Shown here: positions 48,921 through 60,999 of the stretch, in pieces
Numbering within the stretch: the first letter of the stretch is position 1
Layout: every line of letters starts with the position of its first letter
Translations under genes and position numbers: made by a program
The notes under the pieces: generated by a model
Told to the model about the DNA's origin: nothing
Database searches by the model: none
What the model saw: only the letters and a program-made list of their open reading frames with translations
Assembly (NCBI GenBank): GCA_964187785.1
Contig: OZ076409.1
Span: 34,908,001 to 34,972,000 of the forward strand
Length of the DNA stretch: 64,000 nucleotides
Reading direction: 5' to 3'
Origin: Amphiscolops sp. MND2022
Taxonomy: Eukaryota

Positions 48921-51900
48921 TCAACAGGTTTTAGACACTTTCTTAGACTTCGGCTGACTACCAGAACCATCATCATCAGCATCTCGCACAGCTTTCTTTC
49001 TTCCTTTAGATGAACCAGCTCCACCACTCGAATCACCACCGACGTTTTTCTGCTGCTTCCTTTTAAACGAAATAGTAGCAGACTTAGACTCCGACTTCGT
49101 TCCGCCATTACTTGACTTACTGCCACCAGATTTCACAGAAACACCACTTGGAGGACCTGTATCTTGCCTCTTCCGATGGATCACAGAACTCAAGGAACCA
49201 CTCGAACCAGCTGTATCGCCACTATCAGATAGCCGGGACATCCGATTTGCATTGTTGTACTCCACATAACGGGCATCGAAGCTCTTCCGGCGCTCTGCGA
49301 GGAAAGTAGTAAATAAGGCACTATACTTCACAACAAAGGCATCTACATCCTCCCTGCAAAAATCTGTCCACATACTGAAGTCAGACGCTCCAAAGAATCT
49401 ACCAGCATCCGCGATGGCCTTCTTCACAACTATAAGAGTCTGATCACTGAAGAAGGATTGATGCGAATACCCTTCGCTCAATATATAAGACTGCACCAGT
49501 TGCACACAGCTCTGAAAGTCTGCAACACTCAATGCAAAACCAGATAAATCCAGAGACACGGCAGGATAGCGTGAGACAGACACTCCCGCGACAAGACAAC
49601 ACAACTTGAATACCCGGAGCAAATGTGGTCGTGACAAGAACCCTACATCACGGAGCAGGTACGGCACCACATTCACGATGTCACCAGCAGACTGCCCTGA
49701 CGAATAATGATACCCACGCTTTTCCACAATGAAACTTGCATGTTCCTCCAAAGCTGCACTACTTTCGTCCACACTCAGCGAACCACAGGATACAAGAATA
49801 CGGCACAAATCCGCAAATAGACTGAAAACGGCCACATCATCGCCTTCCAGCATCAACTCGGGGCAGAAACTACACATCCCCTTAGCAATAACAGAACGTG
49901 CATATGTGCTTTCCAGTAAAATGATGATCAGACGATCAACGAACTGACGACAATGAAGTCGGAAAGCCACATACTCTTTCGTCTTGCCTGCGGATAACTG
50001 TTGCCCCAAGTCATGATTAGAGAGGAAAGAATCACACGGAACAACAGCGAAATCCCGGACCTTCACGACATCCATGTAACACTCCCAAGCATGAATTTCA
50101 GGAAGACCACTGGTGCTGCGAGTTTTCAAGAGCAGGCAATACACAAAATTGCAAAACTCGCCATAAGCGCGGAAAGCATATTCCGCCTGATCCTTTCGAA
50201 ATCTGGGGCAATTGTTGTAGACTAAAACATACACCATGATTCGTATACAACAGAAGAACAACCCTACCCCAATAAACAAAAGAGGAAGACAGGAAAGAAC
50301 AGTCACTAATACGAACAAATACGCAGTCAACAACAGTCAAAAAACAATCTATCAACTCAAAAGAAAACACTCACAAGTATCAAGGATCATTTTCAGCAGA
50401 CTGAACCGATACGTTATCATATTATCGGCAGTTAGTAACCAATCAATCCCCTGTAGCTAAAATACACAACATGATATGACAAAAAGTAACACCGCAACTA
50501 CACCGGACGGAAGGAACAATTTTCACTCACCCGTTCAGCCTTGTCCTTAGCCTCAGGGTTACCAGTACATCGAACAAATGGACGTATTGAAGGCCATAAC
50601 TCTATCAGATCTGACAGTACTTCCAGCAAATCAGCGAATTCCACGTGGCCCTGACGAACACTTTTACACAGTATGGCTCTCTCCTCCATCCAGTCCTCGT
50701 AAATGGCAGTTTTCAAACGCAACACGGTATAATCCACCAAGGAAGTCACCTCCATCATACTGAACACGTCCTGATAGGCTTGCCGAATACAACGAATCAA
50801 CATCTCACTAGTGAAAGGCTGGTAAGACACAAAGACACGACTGTCAGCGCGAGTGTCACTCAAGACACGGGCTAAGGACGGACTTCCGCCGACTATAGCC
50901 AAAGGCAACTTCCCAGACGGTAAACTACAGACGACTCGTGCCAAGGGTAGCAACTCTGGATTTGGCACACGCTGCAGCAGCGACTCACAACCGACACATA
51001 CCTTCTTCAAATAGTTGTCTTCCCAGAAGAGAACGAAACAACGTTCTACCTCCGTATCCTTTTCGTACTGCAAAGAATACTCCCGAAATTGCTCAATGTT
51101 CTGCTCCAACATCACGCGCAGCACTCGGGGAACAAGGCCTTGACACAACACGGACTGAAACAAACACCCAAATGAAAAGAAGAAGGAAGAGAAAATAAAC
51201 AACAACGGAGAGCGAAATCACACAACAGTACATCTTTACGGTCACCTAGCGGCTTACAATAAAAGGAGCAAATACCACATAACAGAACACCACCCACTAA
51301 ATGTACCAAACACACAAAAATACTAACCACAGTCTCTGAGCGACTCCACTGTAGAGAGAATTCCGGATCCCGACCGCCCAGAGACGCAAGGAAGTAGCCC
51401 CACAGACGACGAACCAGCGTGAAATCCCCGCCACTGCGCAACACATCACTCAAGCTTGAAACGAGAGTCATCAGTGGCACCTTCGAAGAAGCCTTTGAAT
51501 GTTTGGGCAACATGTCCTCAGGGAAAGGAAACTCCCCGCCCAAATCCACGAAGGGCCGCGAAAGGAAGTCGTCCCTCTGACGGGCACTCAGCTCCATGGG
51601 CTCCATTAGCTTGTTGTACACAGGGAGACCCATGTGCACACGATACGTGACGTCCTGCTCCCAGTGCTTCTTCGACTCAAAGTGACGAACAAACTCAGCT
51701 GCCCCTTTTGAGCCCATCTTTACGTCTCTTCTACAAATGCGACAATAGAAGACCTTTGCACTTCCACACTCCGAACCCGTCACGAAATCAGCAAACAATG
51801 GATTCAGCGCTAGCATCCGACGATGCAACAACTTCCGACTGCTATACTTCTTCGCCTTCGGGCGCTCAAAGTGACTCTCCACTTTCTCAACAAGCTCGCT

Positions 51901-52985
51901 GAAGCCTATAACACGCACAAAACCAATCAACCAAATGTAACACCCAAAACAAACGTCGCTGCAACGAACCACACACCATTCCAACCAGAGGCCAATCACA
52001 AATAAACAACTCACCTGTCTGTATCTGCCGAGCAGTACGCTCCTCTACCGTCGAAGCCAACTGACGACCCAGCTGCATCATTTCGGGTGACACGGGAGTT
52101 GCCGAGAATGATACGTCTTCTGCCCCACTCCAACCACTCAAGGTAGCATCAACATCTGCGACCCGTGTCGTCCTTTTCAATTTCGGAGACGATTCCATGA
52201 ACTTCACGCTCGTCTTCCGGAATGGAAACACTTTCGAACCTACAACACAAGAGTGACAAGAAAAGGAAAACAGAAACCAACAAGTGAAAAAAAAAGAAAA
52301 AAAACAACAACAACAAAAGAAACCAATCATGCAAACACACAACTTACAGACTGGCGTATCCTCCTCTTCTACAGTTCTTTCTTCTCCTGTGGAGGTGGTA
52401 GCAGCCTCACCTTCATGAGGCTCCACACTGACATCAAAATCGCCCGGAACCACTTCGGACAAATCAGGAGGAACTGCAGAGGAAACATCATTGCCCGGAA
52501 CTACTTCGGACAAACCAGGAGGAGCTGCAGAAGAAACATCAACACCCGGAACTACTGAAGATCCAGTAGTAGGATTAGCAGGAAGCAATGTTGTCAAAAC
52601 ATCATTGATAGACTGCTCAGGAACCAGCACTGAAGTCACTGGAGGCAGCTTCAAAGAAGAACCCAGCGAAGATAACCCCACGGGGGTAGCAGACGTCCCA
52701 CCCGTAGTGGCAGCGGAAACAACAGCCAAGGAAGTTCCAGGTTGAGTTACTGAAAATCAAGATCTGGTTCAGACGCGTCAGAGTTACGGGTAAGACTATA
52801 AAAGGCTGATCACCAAAACAAAAATAGTCCTACTACCCAAGAAGTCAGAAAGATTTTTACCAACCTGAAGAAGTAACTATAACTTCCGTTTCCGAGGGAT
52901 AAGCGTCGTCTTCAGTGAAGCAGAAGTTAGTCTCATGCCCACTGAGAAAACCAGAGACATCAGGAGGAACAGCGTTTTCACTCAT
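48921..52985 (-). CDS. Antisense 7-exon accessory gene of element B (~1110 aa, zinc finger, hAT-transposase-like)
   Basis: Exons 52985-52865, 52749-52348, 52239-52015, 51905-51328, 51154-50531, 50456(or 50450)-50375, 50221-48921; six GT-AG introns of ~75-175 bp; phases join into one 3333-nt ORF. Confidence 0.85.
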
Positions 52986-53577
52986 GACCAAAAGTGACAA
53001 TAGCGATTGCCAACGAAATCTAAAAAGGAAAAAGAAATCAACAAAATAGAAATCACGTCGAGTAAAAGTTGACACCCTAAAAGAAATCATCAACGTCATC
53101 CCTACGTAATTGAAAAATCATCTAAACTTCAACTTCAGTGAAAGCCTATTACGGCAGTGACGGGACAAAACGTTCCAAAAAGCATACGGATGAATAAAAG
53201 ATTCATCAAGAAGCTCTGAAGGAAAGATGGCATTTTGAAAATTACGGAATATGAACGTAGAACATTCGAGAAAAATCAATGACGTCATCGCGCCATTAAA
53301 CAGAAAGAAGAAAGAAGATAAAATTAGAAGATTTTCTATGAGTTTCAACCAATCACTGCGCAGATGAAAGAAATCTCTTTTCTTAACTCGGGACGCACCG
53401 GAACGAAAACGGAAAAACCGACCAATAGAATTTCGATAAAAATTACGTAAGAAAGAATTTGAAACGGTCATTTGTCGTCCAATCTTCATAAAGCTTGACC
53501 AGCGCAATTTTCTTAACGCACAATCGTCACCAACAAGGAAAATCCTTGAAACAAAACAATCTGAAATTCTCAACAAG

Positions 53578-54483
53578 ATGAACGGATACAGCTTGGTTAT
53601 TGACATCTCTTCTGATGAGGAAAATAATCGCACGAGCACTCCGCTGAAAACACTGCCCCTGAATACGGTAGGAACTCTAAGTGACTCCTCGGTCGAAGTT
53701 TACCGCGGGAGCGACGCAGACTTAGAGTCTTCTTTTGGTTCCGATGTCTCCCCGAGGAAATTTGGGCCCACCCCCAAAAAGAAAAAGAAGTTCGGGCGAG
53801 TCACGTTCAACCTGCCAACAGCCAATTCGGACACAGATGACTACTACGAAGAGCCACCTTCCCCGCAGGAGCAGTCCTCTCGGGCAGAAACCGCGTCCAC
53901 TCCGAAAGGTAAAATTCCCTTGCTGGGAAATGAAAAAATACCGAATACGGTCAGGCTGAATGATCTAAATGAACCCCCGCTAGCTGATCTGGACGCTCTA
54001 TACAACTTAGATTTAGAAGACCGTCAGTTCTCCGCAGCCGTCAGTCGTGGCCGTGGCCTGAAAGCAACGGAATGCCCCAGACAACCCCCATTCTTACCCC
54101 GCAGAAAGGAAAACGTTCCCCCTACGGAGGGAAAAGAAAAATGCAACTGTACATTGGGCAACTCGAGCAAGCCAAGTGGGCCACCCGAATTTTGTCCTGC
54201 TGTGTGGGCGCAAATAGAAAAGGAAAGTCACGAAATGGAGGAAGAAGAAAAACTCATAGCCAAGATGAAGGAGGGCAGAGGTCTTGCTCGCGGCAGGCGG
54301 CTACACAACGGACGCCCCCCAATCATTATCCGAAAAGAGATCCCACACTGCAACGCTCTACCCTTGTCTCTTGGTTCAAGAGGGGCCCTGTCACGACCCG
54401 CTCCCGGTCGTAATTTCTACTGCTGTAGCGGCATACCCGGCTTTGGAAGAGGTCGAGGACAAGGCCGAGGTAAACTCTATTAA
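53578..54483 (+). CDS. 301-aa accessory ORF of element B, low complexity, runs into the 3' LTR
   Basis: Uninterrupted ATG ORF in AT-rich DNA; basic NLS-like run, RG-rich end. Confidence 0.65.
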   Translation: MNGYSLVIDISSDEENNRTSTPLKTLPLNTVGTLSDSSVEVYRGSDADLESSFGSDVSPRKFGPTPKKKKKFGRVTFNLPTANSDTDDYYEEPPSPQEQSSRAETASTPKGKIPLLGNEKIPNTVRLNDLNEPPLADLDALYNLDLEDRQFSAAVSRGRGLKATECPRQPPFLPRRKENVPPTEGKEKCNCTLGNSSKPSGPPEFCPAVWAQIEKESHEMEEEEKLIAKMKEGRGLARGRRLHNGRPPIIIRKEIPHCNALPLSLGSRGALSRPAPGRNFYCCSGIPGFGRGRGQGRGKLY

Positions 54484-56730
54484 ACTAATTTTAAACTAAT
54501 CTAAAATTCTACTTACAGTACAGCTAAATCGATTGCAGATAATTTTCCGAATACAAAACCTAGCGTAAACGTTACGGAACACTTTTCAGAAATGATTTTT
54601 AGCTAAAACTTCCGGTCAAATATTCTCCGCGCGTGATAAGATTTTTCATTTCCGGTATGATCTTCTGATTTTCTGCCATACTAATCTAAACACTAAAATG
54701 AACATTTATAATTGGGATCATTCTTCCACTGGTCCACACTAAAATGAAAACATTAAAATAAAATTCAATTCCGAGATCCCAACGGAATTCATACAATCTA
54801 AAATGAAAAGGAACAAACAAATAATAGAGCGGAGTTGTTTTCCAGAGATGAAGTGGTTGTAAATATTCACTTAAAGCACAGCCAAGTGATTTAGGCAAAT
54901 ATTTACAACGCTATGGCAACGTCAATCTACTGAGCTAATATTAGGAATTTTGCTTCTACGGACCGATAACGTCACTCTATTGATAGAACTATTCTTAGCT
55001 AAGTCGAATAGAATCAATTTCGGTTGCCCCTAGCAACACCAATTGGAATAAGAGAAAGAGAATGAATTCACCTACGCACTCCGCTTTCTCTTCGCTTGGT
55101 CCGACAGCTAAGCTATGAGCAATCTCAATACGTACGGAACACTTACGGAGCGGATTGTAAAATTGTATTCCGCTGTTCAGCTATAGATAATCTTAATACG
55201 TAGCACCTACGGAGCGGAGAGTAAAACGCAAATGAATAACACTGCTTCAAACGAAATCCAAACAAGGCTTTTCAAATCGATGCTCTTGGAAGATTTAGGA
55301 CTTATGATTTTACATAAAGGAAACTGTACTGTACGGAAGAATGATAGGAAATTGCAATGGTAATTTTATGTTCTGGATTTGTATCATCATAGTAAATCAC
55401 TAAAACACGTTGACATTACGCCTTACTTAGTTTCTCTTTAAGGGAACAAATCTATTTGATTTACTACGGCATTCAAAATATCTTAATGATAATCCTAACG
55501 TAGGACGTAAGGTCAACGTCAATTCATAGGCTCCAAGCCAGTAGTGACAGTTGTATTTCATGATAATGACAATCGGGCTAGTGATCAGACTTCGATTATG
55601 TTTTGATAAATTTCATGATTATTGTGCAAAGTGTTGAAGTTGCTTTCCGTTTATTATTACGAATATGTTGCGCTCATCTTTGTTGTATCTCGTTAAAGTC
55701 CCGTTTGGACTTAATTTGTGTTCAATGTAAACAATATAGCATACCATTAGCAGGTAATTCATATGTTTGAATTTGAGATTATAATTTCAGCATCGTTTGT
55801 TCCTTTATACCAAATTTCCATGTTTTTCCCCCGCTTCCAAATTGATTTATTCCGTCGTCATTCCGTCACCATTTTTGAGTGTCATTCTGTTGCTCCGAAT
55901 CTCAGCTTCCCAAATTGAAAGTTGACTAATTGTTCATGCCGGCGTGCTTACGCTGATGAAAATGCAAGCTAGACTTTTATTTTACCGCAATTTTGAGACT
56001 TAAACAGGAAATGGAATTGCCTGAACAAAAATGATTTCAACAAATTTTACGGGACGCTGACGCAACTAGGAATTTTGATGCCTGATTTTACGACGCGGGA
56101 CTGAAATGATATGAATCACTAGCGCTTTTTGTTGAACAAACCCGATTTTTGTGATACCTAGGAATTTTTAGGTGAGGAACAAATGATGCTGGGAAGGTAT
56201 AAATATGTAATACATACATGCAAACACACAATTTTGACTTGCCTTGTAACAATCAGTTTTGTTCCGTTACTATAACGTATCCAGAAGAAAACTTAAATCT
56301 TTGAAGAATTCAACTTTTCCAAAGATACTCTCTCTCTCTCTCTCGATCAAAATGACAACTAGAAGCCAGAAGAGGAAAGCTGTAGCTGAGTTAGTGCCAG
56401 GAGATTTCGAAGTTTCTCTGAATGAAAATGGCTCTATTGAAAACCTGATACCTAGCTCTAGTAAAAATCCTAGACTTGAGCTTGAAAACCTGGAAGAAAT
56501 GAAAACAACTCTGAGAAAAGAAATAATGACTGATCTAACAAAGATATTAGCCGAAAATCAAAAGGAAATGCTCAAATTAATAGCACCTACGAACAAGAAA
56601 CGCACAGTTAGTTCGAACATACAAGATTCTGATTCTGACCAAGAAAACATCTCCGTAACAAGAACGTCCACCCCAGTCAAAACACAAACTGCGACTAATT
56701 CTAAAACAACACCGAACAATAGTCGTAACA
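54389..56730 (+). repeat. 3' LTR of element B
   Basis: Direct repeat of 40107-42447, preceded by short purine run AAGAGGGG, followed by TSD ATGAA. Confidence 0.97.
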
Positions 56731-57640
56731 ATGAATTCTCAGAAAAACAAAAGAATGAGCTCACAAGAAAACAAAAACTGGAAGGTCTGGATAAACTCGA
56801 CAATGGCACATCACAAAAGCAAATCGCTGTTCGGTATGGCGTTGATCGCAGTTGCGTTTCGCGAATAAAATCAAATTCAGCGAGAATTCGCACAGCTCAG
56901 GAAAATAATGAAAATCTCGAGATGAAACGAATGCGGAAAGCCGGTGGCGAAGACATGTAAAATGCACTATTTGCATAGTTCACACAATTGCGAGCCAAGA
57001 ATGCACCTGTGTCGGGACCAATATTACTCGAAAAAGCGTGTCAGCTATCAATCAGCTTCGATAGTGATTTTACGTCCACTATTCAGCCATTAGATCAAGG
57101 AATAATTCGCGCGATAAAAACCTAATATCGAAGCCAATTATTGCGGCAAATGATAATTTTATTGACGATAAGGGCTCTGTCGAAGATTTTGCTAAAAGTG
57201 TGAATGTTCTAAGAGCCATGTTTTTAATTCATCGAGCACTATTCTTACTAACGCCTCAGATCATTAAAAATTGTTGTCGAAAGGCTGGAGTTCAGAGAGC
57301 AAGCCAAATTGAATCTGACGAAATTGAATAAATCACGCCAAAATTTGATGAATCACTACATGTACCGGAAAACATTTCGGCAGAGGATTTCGAAAGTTTA
57401 GTTGATGCAGATAAACAACTCGAATGCTATCAAGAGCAATCGAGTGACGAAATCGTCCACGTGGTCGAAAGCGAAGATAAAAATTCCCAGGAAGATGCAA
57501 TTATTGACCCTCCAACTGCTTCTGAAGCCCTGCAAATGATTCAAAAATTGAGATTGTTCTTTGGCGAAGACGCAGAACTGAACAAGTTGGATTTTCTAGA
57601 AGCTTCTATCTTCGAACCTCGAAGATAAAAATACTGACTA
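56731..57640 (+). pseudogene. Tigger transposase remnant
   Basis: CENP-B-type HTH (LT.KQKL..LD.L..G.SQKQIA..YGV.RS.VSRI), PVSGPILLEKA, then jumps to IQPLDQGII (most of the DDE domain deleted); contains stops. Confidence 0.88.
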
Positions 57641-58509
57641 CTTTAAAAACTCTAGAAATGTTGTTTGATATAAATTTCTTTGCGCTATTTGGATACTCTG
57701 TATGATTGCCGACTTTGCATAATAGCACAGTTTTTTCAATCTCCGGGGATGTTCAATTAGGCAGAGTCCACTGTATATTGATTTCATTCAACTGATCGCA
57801 TATTTACGTAATGTATGATTGGAAGAAGCAGTTAGTTAAATTGAAAGTGATTAGTAAACGCATTTAGTGTAAAAAATTAAGAAGACAATCAATTTGGACT
57901 AGAAATGAGTTTTACAATTTTTTGTCTTTGCCCATAAAAGATGAAACAAGTTAAAGTGTTAATGACCGGTTAAACATCACATTTTTCTGTTCTCATCACA
58001 TACTAAAACAAATCTAACACTTTTTTGCAGTCAGTAACATAAATGACAGACTTCCATCACATATGGCAAAATCTTTTCTCTACTAAGTCATAAAGTCCGT
58101 ACTGAATAAATCAAGGGTATTCAACCAGTTGTATGCTTTTCGGATGGTGTTTTCAACTGATTTTGAGTTAGATAAAGTACACAGAAAGCTGTAATATAAA
58201 TTTCCTGCACCTTGTGATGTAATGCTTTGTCAGTTTGTCAGTTTGCTGGTTTTGATGTAGAGGACATCTGTCTATCATTGTTTTGAATAGTTCCGTCAAC
58301 ACTTCCTCAATGAGCGATTTCAAAAATTGTTAACAACCTATGACCGACCATTCGAAATCAAAACAAGTGAGAGCTTGAATGCTGCAATGTTTCTTTTTGA
58401 GTAAGATGCCTCTCATAATGCGCCTTTGAGCCAGTTTAATTATTGCTCCATTTGACTTTGTTGCTCTTCCATCCACTTGGAGTCACTACGCTATTATGGA
58501 TTTAGCATA

Positions 58510-60826
58510 CCCGGGTTGACCCTCTTACTAGCATCTTGGCTGTCTTGGCAAGATCTTGCCAAATTCTTACTACATCTTGGGAACCATGGATAACATGGTC
58601 AGATTCTCATTAAGACCTTACCCAGTGTTCGAAGCCATGGCATCCTTGCCAAGATCCATGGCAAGTTCCTTGGTAGCCTTGCCAAGATCTTGCCATGATC
58701 TTGCCATGATCTTGGCAAGGATGCCATGGCCATGCAAGATCGTGCAAAGGCTAACCATGATTAACCATGATCTTGACAAGGGTTCCATGGTAACAATAGC
58801 GAAATTTTTGGAAAATTCAGAGCTCTTATTTTCAAATTGTAACTAGTATCTAAAAATTTATTGGGACCAAAAAACAGACATGTATAGGGTTAAACAGAAG
58901 AAAAATTGGTAGTCAAGACATTAAAGGAAAAATGTTTTTGCTCCGACCATTTTGAGTTTTTATTGCATTCTCGAACTTCAGTAATTAGAACCCGTTACCT
59001 CAATAGATCAGGTAATAGCATGATTTGCATAATTGTAAACAAATCATAGCTAGAAAAATTGGTTTTCACACCGATATCGCAAATCCCGCAAGTTGCAATA
59101 ACTTGATTCGGAGTTTGCTTTGTATGATAATTTATGATAGTAGTAACAATGCCGTGCTCTCAAGTAACAAAACTCGGTCAATAGGTGCAGCAAATTACTG
59201 TGCAAGTTTTAGATAATTTTCAATTAAAAAACTATTTTCAATCAATAAATATTATGTCCAAAGTTATTACAATGGCTAATTCAAAAATTGCAGACGACAA
59301 AGAATTTTTGCGAAAAGAATAAATTATGCACAATTAATACCAGCTTACATGTCTTACTATGGTTATCTTGTCAAGATCTTGCCATGATCTTGCCATGATC
59401 TTGGCAAGCGTTCCATGTATCATGATCAGCCATGATCTTGGCAAGGGTACCATGGTTAACCATGATTTAGCAAGATTAACCATGATCATGGCAAGCGTTC
59501 CATGGCTTCGAACACTGGGTAGAAAAGTTGGTTTTTACACCGATATCGCAAACCCGCAAGTTGCAATAACTTGATTCGGAGTTTGCTTGGTATGATAAGT
59601 CATGTTAGTAGTAACAATGCCGTGCTCTCAAGTAACAAAACTCGGTCAATATATGCAGCAACTTATTGAGCAAATTTTGGATAATTTTCAATTAAAAAAC
59701 TATTTTCAATCAATAAATATTATGTCCAAAGTTATTACAATAGCTAATTCAAAAATTGCAGACGACAAAGAATTTTTGCGAAAAGAATAATTTATGCACA
59801 AATAACACCAGCTTACATGTCTTACCATGGTTATCTTGTCAAGATCTTGTCATGATCTTCCCATGATCGTGGCAAGCGTTCCATGTATCATGATTAGCCA
59901 TGATCTTGGCAAGGGTACCATGGTTAACCATGATTTAGCAAGATTAACCATGATCATGGCAAGCGTTCCATGGCTTCGAACACTGGGTACTAAGATAATA
60001 CTTATTCCAAGATCGTATCTTATCACGATGGACAAAAATTTTAAGATTATAAAAAAACGCTATACCTTCGGTACAAGCAGCGGAGATTCAATCTAAAGGC
60101 TCATTTCACCCAACAACGACTATTTCTACTCGTTTTTTTCATAATCAAAATGCTTAAATCTGCTGAAAAAATTTTGCATGCAAAAATGCGTGAAAAATTA
60201 CGATAACGTATTCTGGCTTCCGAAATTTTGACGAGAATCCTAATAAGTCCTCGCCTGTTTAAGACTGAGAAATGCGAATATACCAAATGAAAGGTCTTTT
60301 CAAGGGCTTTCCAAAACTTGTTATTTATCACTCCTGTCGATTCCAGTGTCGGAGAAATATGCTCTCAAACGTCCAGACCCACTATCGGAAAGTTACAAAG
60401 GAAAGACCTTAAAATCCTGCAAGTTTTGTAAAAATCATATTTCCAGCTTTCTTTGAGCTTGTTTCAGCAGCCTTATTACTGCTAGAAACGGCAGTCATTG
60501 CACTAATTTGGGTAATGATTCAGCTCAAGGCTTTTCTGACGCCGTTGTTTGCGACAGTTTTGCAATTGAAAGAACAATTTAACCAGCGTCTTCCAAATTT
60601 TATACAATGCTAACAGAAGAATGCTAACAATACAGATTTATTTTCTTTCCAAATATGATTTTACAATAAAAGTTTTTTTGGGAACATGGCTCTCTTGATA
60701 AGATCTTACCATGACATCTTGTAATTCTTGCCAATATCTTGGCAAGATCTTAGCTAAGTTTTTTCCAAGATCTTAGCAAGATCTTGCCAAGATCTTACTA
60801 AGATATCCATGGAGGGTCGACCCGGG
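58510..60826. mobile_element. Non-autonomous TIR element (outer)
   Basis: TA-CCCGGGTTGACCCTC ... GAGGGTCGACCCGGG-TA with subterminal ATCTTGGCAAG repeats. Confidence 0.75.
58621..59987. mobile_element. Nested non-autonomous TIR element with duplicated right end
   Basis: TA-CCCAGTGTTCGAAGCCATGG ... CCATGGCTTCGAACACTGGG-TA; ~468-bp tandem duplication 59051-59519/59520-59987. Confidence 0.8.
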
Positions 60827-60999
60827 TAAAAATTACAAAAGACAAGAAGACAATAAGTAGAAATTATATGCCTAACTCTATAAATCGACCTACAAATCTC
60901 GTGCAATTTCGTGCAAACTTGTGCTATTATATTTTTTGAATGTCATTTTACTATCCATATCTAGTCCTGAACACTTACATTTGTTTTTTGTTATCAACG

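Larger units (their letters stand above)
40107..56730 (+). mobile_element. Full-length Gypsy/Metaviridae LTR retrotransposon B (16.6 kb, recent)
   Basis: LTRs 40107-42447 and 54389-56730 (about 8 differences seen by eye), TGTCACGAC...GTCGTAACA termini, TSD ATGAA. Confidence 0.97.
39817..57773 (+). mobile_element. Tigger/pogo DNA transposon, internally deleted, split by LTR element B
   Basis: TIRs CAGTAGACTCCGCATAATTGCAC / GTTCAATTAGGCAGAGTCCACTG, flanked by TA. Confidence 0.9.

Noticed and set aside
48921..50333. env-like membrane protein suggested by the hydrophobic N-terminus of the 470-aa ORF
   Set aside because: The hydrophobic stretch is a translated T-rich intron upstream of the acceptor at 50222; the same holds for ORFs 50498-51205 and 51112-52014
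53118..53639. 173-aa minus-strand ORF
   Set aside because: F/R/S-rich translation of the putative promoter region with no coding signature
58556..60096. Short repeated ORFs (SRSCHDLAMILA)
   Set aside because: Products of subterminal repeats of the TIR elements
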